IMG/VR virus record: IMGVR_UViG_3300028844_005666
Length of the DNA: 20,000 nt
Reading direction: 5' to 3' (one strand)
From: an uncultured virus (IMG/VR IMGVR_UViG_3300028844_005666)
Lineage: Duplodnaviria > Heunggongvirae > Uroviricota > Caudoviricetes
Shown here one piece after another: positions 15,730 through 20,000 of this stretch. Numbering within the stretch: position 1 is the stretch's first letter; every line of letters starts with the position of its first letter. The translations under genes were made by a program, and so were the position numbers. The notes under the pieces were generated by a model. The model worked only from the letters and a program-made list of their open reading frames with translations. It made no database searches and was not told where the DNA came from.

Positions 15730-16218
15730 CCAAGATGATGGATGTCCTAATATATCAACAGCCATCATAAACCCACCTACACATAATCCACCTATTGCAA
15801 TAACTAAAACAATAATACCTATAGCATTAAGTATTTCTCTACGACGTTCTTCTTGAGCATATATTTGAGCTTTTCTGTCTTTCCTTATATTAGCTTGTAG
15901 TTGTAGAATCTCATTCCAACTACCAGGACCATGAACCATATTAACATACTGTCGTAGTTCTTGCTCCATTGCTTCAGCTTTCTTTTTAGCTGCAAATATA
16001 TTCATTGCTTCTTCTTCAATAGAAGAACCAGCAAATATCTTTTTGAACAGTGGCGGTTTCTTATTCATTTTTTCAGCTTGGTCAATGTCTGAGACTGCAC
16101 CCATCCATCTACCAACATCACCATACATACTCTCTATATCTCTACCGACTTCAAAACCTTTTTTAATGGTATTGAAAGCAGTTGTAGCCATCGCTATAGC
16201 ACTAATTGGATCAATCAT
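15727..16218 (-). CDS. Hypothetical helical protein with a C-terminal transmembrane anchor
   Basis: N-terminal amphipathic MIDPISAIAMATTAFNTIKKG, coiled-coil middle, and hydrophobic ILNAIGIIVLVIAIGGLCVGGFMMAV. Confidence 0.8.
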   Translation of the reverse strand: MIDPISAIAMATTAFNTIKKGFEVGRDIESMYGDVGRWMGAVSDIDQAEKMNKKPPLFKKIFAGSSIEEEAMNIFAAKKKAEAMEQELRQYVNMVHGPGSWNEILQLQANIRKDRKAQIYAQEERRREILNAIGIIVLVIAIGGLCVGGFMMAVDILGHPSSW

Positions 16219-16432
16219 AAACTTTCACCGTTTTACTATTAACTTTACTAGGTTCACAAACCGCTTTGTAATAGCGCTCTTTAGCGCCTCCGTCATTATC
16301 TACTCTGTTTGGTACACCAACATTCTTATTAATTCTTACCGCAAAATATAAACAATCATCTATACTTCTAAAGTAACTTGTATCTAATTTTTGTATACCT
16401 AGATACGTTATCAACGCAAAAACTAATTCCAT
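16211..16432 (-). CDS. Small hypothetical protein with a hydrophobic N-terminus and two Cys
   Basis: AGGT SD; 8-nt overlap with the downstream gene; FRSIDDC...KAVCEP pattern. Confidence 0.7.
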   Translation of the reverse strand: MELVFALITYLGIQKLDTSYFRSIDDCLYFAVRINKNVGVPNRVDNDGGAKERYYKAVCEPSKVNSKTVKVYD

Positions 16433-16438
16433 TGTTAC

Positions 16439-16792
16439 CTACTTTTTTATGGAGTTCAAACTATCAACTATATCATCAATGCTTGGTTCTTTACTCCACG
16501 GATTATATACACATTTAAATTGAGAAGGACAATTTTTCTCATACATTAATTCAAATGTTTTATTACCACCGCGATAGACACACGCTTGCATTCCTGTTGT
16601 ACGTGATTTTATTCTTTTCCATAATCTACATGTAGTATATTCTTTATTGTCTCCTTGACCTCTATTAGTCTTTTGTCTTTTAGTATACTGTTTCGACGTT
16701 CCATATTTTGGGTCTTTAGGTTCATAATTCTTACCTCCTGCATGAGCTGTAGTCACTAATAGTAGCATCACACATAAGATTTTAATCATCAC
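16439..16792 (-). CDS. Predicted secreted protein with a signal peptide and a 4-Cys domain
   Basis: MMIKILCVMLLLVTTAHA is a Sec-type signal with an AxA cleavage site; the mature region has four Cys. Confidence 0.75.
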   Translation of the reverse strand: MMIKILCVMLLLVTTAHAGGKNYEPKDPKYGTSKQYTKRQKTNRGQGDNKEYTTCRLWKRIKSRTTGMQACVYRGGNKTFELMYEKNCPSQFKCVYNPWSKEPSIDDIVDSLNSIKK

Positions 16793-17064
16793 CTTTTTAC
16801 CTTTTTTTTCTTTTCTTCTAATTCTGCTACAGCTTTAAGTCTCAAAGTTTCAATATCGTCTTCTCTGCTAAACTTAGGTTTCTCTCTCATCTTTAATTGA
16901 GATTCAAAGAGAGATTTAACGTCAGGATTGTTTCCTGTCGCTCTAATAAACATTGTTATCGCTCTATAACCATCACCCAAAAACATGAGTTTGTTATTTT
17001 CATACAGCTTTGCTTTACTTGAACTGTTTAAGTCCAAGATAAAAGCACCATGTTTATGTACCAT
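16789..17064 (-). CDS. Hypothetical protein (91 aa)
   Basis: AGGTG SD; 4-nt overlap with the next gene. Confidence 0.7.
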   Translation of the reverse strand: MVHKHGAFILDLNSSSKAKLYENNKLMFLGDGYRAITMFIRATGNNPDVKSLFESQLKMREKPKFSREDDIETLRLKAVAELEEKKKKVKR

Positions 17065-17126
17065 AGTTCACCTATAATATAAGGCAGACGCAATGTAAGG
17101 GGATTATATAACTGCTAGTTTATTTA

Positions 17127-18119
17127 TTAACCTGGGCTTGATTTTGCACCGGCATTCTTTTTAACAAATTTATTGAATACAGTTTTTTGATCATCAGGTA
17201 GGTCATCAAAGTTAGAAGCTAGTATACCTGATATTTGTTTTTCAGTATACTCATGACCAGCAATAATAATTGACTTTTCTTTCTTGTCATTTACTTTAAC
17301 TTTAGCATCATCAGGTACTTCAAACATTACCTTCTTCTTTTTAACGTGAGCAGACTTACTTATAGTTTGCTTAGGTCTATCTATTATTACTAAGTGAGAC
17401 CAAGCAACTAATAACGCTACTGCTAGCGGATCAAATACTATAACTAGTACTATAATGACCCATCTTACTGCTTCTTCGAGCATAGTTTTGTCAGCTTTAT
17501 TACCATATACAAATTCAGCAATGTATTTGATAGGACCAACCTCTGCTTCAATAGCTATTTGTTCTTTTTCTAAAATTAATTTCTCATCTAAGTATTCGTC
17601 AATCTTACCTTCTGCACCTCTAATAACATTAGACAGTTCTTGTCTTTCTGGCTTTTGTTTTTCTCTAGTAGCGATGGCTCCAGTGTCACCTCTTATTCTA
17701 TCAAATTCTATAAGAACTGCAACTGCTTTATCTAATTGAGTCAATACTGTTTCAGCATCTTTAATAATTCTATTTTCTCTTTTAATGTTATTTTCTATTC
17801 TTTCAATCTTAACAGTATTATCACCAGATGTTACTGTTTGCTCTATGTGAGCCTTTGAGAGAAAGCCGAAAATACCCATTGACGTAATAAACATCAGAAG
17901 AGCGATAGCTGATATAAAATAACCTTTAAGAAGGAATGGAACTTGATCCCATTTTTGGTGTAAGTAAGCTACTGATACAAGTTTACCTACTTCTAAAGCA
18001 GAACCCATTACTATAACAGGTATCACACTAGCAGCGAATATAGCAGCTAGCCCGACTATTGAATAATATGCAGCTATAAGTGATATAGCTAATGCTGTGA
18101 TAAAGACTAAAAATTTCAT
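17127..18119 (-). CDS. Multi-pass membrane protein with a central coiled coil
   Basis: Three N-terminal hydrophobic helices (AAYYSIVGL, GSALEVGKLV, ITSMGIFGFLSKAH), a long heptad region, then VGPIKYIAE and a fourth helix (IVIVFDPLAVALL-type). Confidence 0.82.
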   Translation of the reverse strand: MKFLVFITALAISLIAAYYSIVGLAAIFAASVIPVIVMGSALEVGKLVSVAYLHQKWDQVPFLLKGYFISAIALLMFITSMGIFGFLSKAHIEQTVTSGDNTVKIERIENNIKRENRIIKDAETVLTQLDKAVAVLIEFDRIRGDTGAIATREKQKPERQELSNVIRGAEGKIDEYLDEKLILEKEQIAIEAEVGPIKYIAEFVYGNKADKTMLEEAVRWVIIVLVIVFDPLAVALLVAWSHLVIIDRPKQTISKSAHVKKKKVMFEVPDDAKVKVNDKKEKSIIIAGHEYTEKQISGILASNFDDLPDDQKTVFNKFVKKNAGAKSSPG

Positions 18120-18123
18120 AACT

Positions 18124-18131
18124 TATTTATA
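18124..18131 (-). promoter_or_regulatory. Consensus T4 late promoter TATAAATA, 4 nt upstream of the 18119 ATG
   Basis: Exact TATTTATA on + strand in the intergenic gap. Confidence 0.75.
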
Positions 18132-18151
18132 TTTCCTATTATAACTATTAT

Positions 18152-18619
18152 ATGATAGCGAATCAAATGCAAATTGTTTGTGAACTTGAAAATAGAGTTC
18201 GTAATTATAGAAGAAAGACTCAGTATATGTGGAACTGGTCTTGTGATATATGTGGAGATAGTAAAGCTAAATCTCACAGAGCAAGATTCTATGTAAATAA
18301 AGTCGAAAGTGAATTACTATGTTATTGTCATAATTGTGGCTATTCCGGTTCTTTTACTAACTATACGAGATTCAAACACCCAGATCTATATTCAAGACTA
18401 TCTCATCAGAAATTTATAGATACAGCTAATGTAATGTTTAATTATGAAACTATAGTTAATCGTAAAGGTATGAGAGATGAGATATTAGTTAAACTCTTCT
18501 ATATCGATAAGTTCAAAGATACAGTTCAATGGTATGACTTCTTTAGACGTAAAAAAATTAATATTGATAATAAAACTATGATAAAGTTAGAATCAGTACG
18601 AAAAAATTACTATAATTAA
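18152..18619 (+). CDS. Stand-alone zinc-binding protein resembling the N-terminal domain of T4 primase gp61, with no TOPRIM domain
   Basis: WSCDICGDS...RARFY...CYCHNCG...F..Y.....PDLY matches the gp61 Zn-ribbon pattern; only 155 aa. Confidence 0.72.
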   Translation: MIANQMQIVCELENRVRNYRRKTQYMWNWSCDICGDSKAKSHRARFYVNKVESELLCYCHNCGYSGSFTNYTRFKHPDLYSRLSHQKFIDTANVMFNYETIVNRKGMRDEILVKLFYIDKFKDTVQWYDFFRRKKINIDNKTMIKLESVRKNYYN

Positions 18620-18646
18620 CTATAATATAATTGAAGGAGAAAATAA

Positions 18647-18859
18647 ATGTATCAAAGAAAAGGTAAAATGGTTGCTAAGGAACCCGCTAATCTAAACAGC
18701 ATGGGACTTGTTTCCTTTTTAAAAGAAGCAAGTAGTCAACTAGAACTTAATGATGAGAAAGATGCGTCGCATTATTTCGATATGGTAATTGATCATATTA
18801 GAAGTGGCAAACCTCTTTCTTCAGATGTGAGGCAGGTATCTAAAATACTTGGATTATAA
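18647..18859 (+). CDS. Hypothetical protein (70 aa)
   Basis: Strong AAGGAG SD; TAATG coupling to the next ORF. Confidence 0.75.
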   Translation: MYQRKGKMVAKEPANLNSMGLVSFLKEASSQLELNDEKDASHYFDMVIDHIRSGKPLSSDVRQVSKILGL

Positions 18860-19056
18860 TGGTAAGAGATAAGATTACAAAGAGAATGGATGATTTGCAG
18901 AATTGTATGGAAGGTAATGAACATCTTTCAGATCCATTAAAAGTAAAACGAATAATAGTATCAGTTAGAAAATTTTGGTCAGTACTTAATGACGAAGATA
19001 AAGACTATATAGACGCAGCAACATTTGCAATTGAGGAGAAAAGAAAATGGGAATAA
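18859..19056 (+). CDS. Hypothetical protein (65 aa)
   Basis: Translationally coupled; KFWSVLNDEDKDYIDAA motif. Confidence 0.72.
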   Translation: MVRDKITKRMDDLQNCMEGNEHLSDPLKVKRIIVSVRKFWSVLNDEDKDYIDAATFAIEEKRKWE

Positions 19057-19277
19057 AGACTAAATCAACTTATCAAACACTATACGATTTAATTGAACAG
19101 TCAATATACATTAACCAAGCTCCTAATGTAGAAGCTATCATTAAATACATAAAGCAAAACAGTCAGTTTAGATCTCTAAACAAAACTGAAATAGAAAAAA
19201 TTATGTTAAGAGTATGTACCCCTTATGCGAAAAATCACAATCAAGAAAACCGCGGGTTCAAAACCCCAACTTCCTAA
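19047..19277 (+). CDS. Hypothetical protein (76 aa)
   Basis: GAGGAG SD upstream; overlaps both neighbours. Confidence 0.62.
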   Translation: MGIKTKSTYQTLYDLIEQSIYINQAPNVEAIIKYIKQNSQFRSLNKTEIEKIMLRVCTPYAKNHNQENRGFKTPTS

Positions 19278-20000
19278 AAATGAATATGCCTTTATTATAG
19301 GTAACGGAACAACCCGTAAAGATAAAGATATTAAACAACTAATGGACTACGGTCTATTATATGGTTGTAATTGGTTCTTTAAAAAAGAATTTAGACCGCA
19401 TATCTTAATTAGTTCTGATGAGCCTTTAACTAAATCAATATTCAAATTACATGCAGATTATGCTAGAAGAAACTGGTTCTATACCTGGTATCCTAAACCT
19501 GGAACTGGAGCTAAAAAATGCACTACACCAGAAAAGTTTGCTGCAGGTGCAATGGCTACTCATGTTGCAGTTGATCTATATGAAGCTCCTAAAGTGTTTC
19601 TTATAGGAATGGATTTCTTTGGTTTAGGTTCTAAAGGTGCAGAAGCAAATGGTGAACTTAATAATTTATATGTTAATGAGAAACATTATCAAAAAGTAGA
19701 AGAAGGTAAAAAGGGTATAGCACCAACTTATAGAAACTGGCAAAGAAGATTTCAATGGATGCTAAAAACATATCCTAATACTCATTTTTATCATGTCAAT
19801 CCTTTAGATGGTAAATCTCCTGAAAGACTTATAGCAGCTCCTAACTGGCATCAGATTAGCTGGGATAATCTTATTGCTCATGTTACCGAAGACCGCGATT
19901 TAATAGATATAAAGAATCCGACTCCTGAAGAGCAAAAGCTTTTTATTGAAGAAAATCCTGACGATACTCGGGCCTGTTTTGAGCGCCAGATCTCAGGTCA
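19225..20000 (+). CDS. Sialyltransferase/Maf/MptE-like Rossmann-fold protein, 3' truncated
   Basis: Not in the ORF track because it has no stop. Manual translation from ATG 19225 gives AFIIGNGTTR...LYGCNW...ISSD...AGAMA...KVFLIGMDF, the GNGxS / GCN / hLhGhD pattern of GT29/GT42/Maf-flag10-type proteins. Confidence 0.68.
   Translation, partial: MRKITIKKTAGSKPQLPKNEYAFIIGNGTTRKDKDIKQLMDYGLLYGCNWFFKKEFRPHILISSDEPLTKSIFKLHADYARRNWFYTWYPKPGTGAKKCTTPEKFAAGAMATHVAVDLYEAPKVFLIGMDFFGLGSKGAEANGELNNLYVNEKHYQKVEEGKKGIAPTYRNWQRRFQWMLKTYPNTHFYHVNPLDGKSPERLIAAPNWHQISWDNLIAHVTEDRDLIDIKNPTPEEQKLFIEENPDDTRACFERQISG

Noticed and set aside
17065..17126. Possible hairpin or small RNA in the 62-nt intergenic gap
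   Set aside because: Only a 6-bp AT-only TATAAT/ATTATA pairing with a long loop, which is too weak to call.
9968..17739. ORFs 9968-10216, 11242-11439, 12336-12713, 13069-13272, 13110-13376, 14783-14974, 16043-16351 and 17455-17739
   Set aside because: They are nested in or antisense to confidently assigned genes.
1..20000. tRNA, rRNA, CRISPR arrays, introns/inteins, alternative genetic code
   Set aside because: Intergenic gaps are very short, conserved genes are uninterrupted and of expected size, and TAA, TAG and TGA all end genes normally.

Overview
This window is an AT-rich segment of a T4-like myovirus genome (contractile tail), most similar in gene content to uncultured aquatic/marine T4-like phages; the host cannot be determined from the sequence. 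All family calls come from motif recognition and gene order, with no database search. The left half (1-11498) is a mostly minus-strand baseplate/tail module. In transcription order it holds gp2, gp54, a MscS-like gene, a divergent gp26 paralog, gp26, a short gp51, a gp29-like tape measure and an unannotated Cys-rich mini-ORF. After a plus-strand gp4 come gp48, gp53, a gp27-like hub, gp5 and a repeat protein cut by the window edge. The middle (11550-15696, + strand) is a replication/late-transcription block: small ORF, FmdB-like, ClpX, PD-(D/E)XK exonuclease, gp33, gp59 and gp32. The right part has a minus-strand cassette of membrane/secreted proteins, a stand-alone primase-type zinc finger, small ORFs and a truncated sugar-transferase/MptE-like gene. 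The most notable signal is a U8 slippery site at the end of gp26 that would fuse it by -1 frameshift to the short gp51 ORF directly upstream of the tape measure, a lambda G/GT-like arrangement in a T4-type phage. Other highlights are a phage ClpX with altered RKH and IGF loops, a 43-aa metallothionein-like ORF missed by the ORF track, a lysozyme-less gp5 ending in an HxH apex, and back-to-back late boxes each 4 nt from an ATG.
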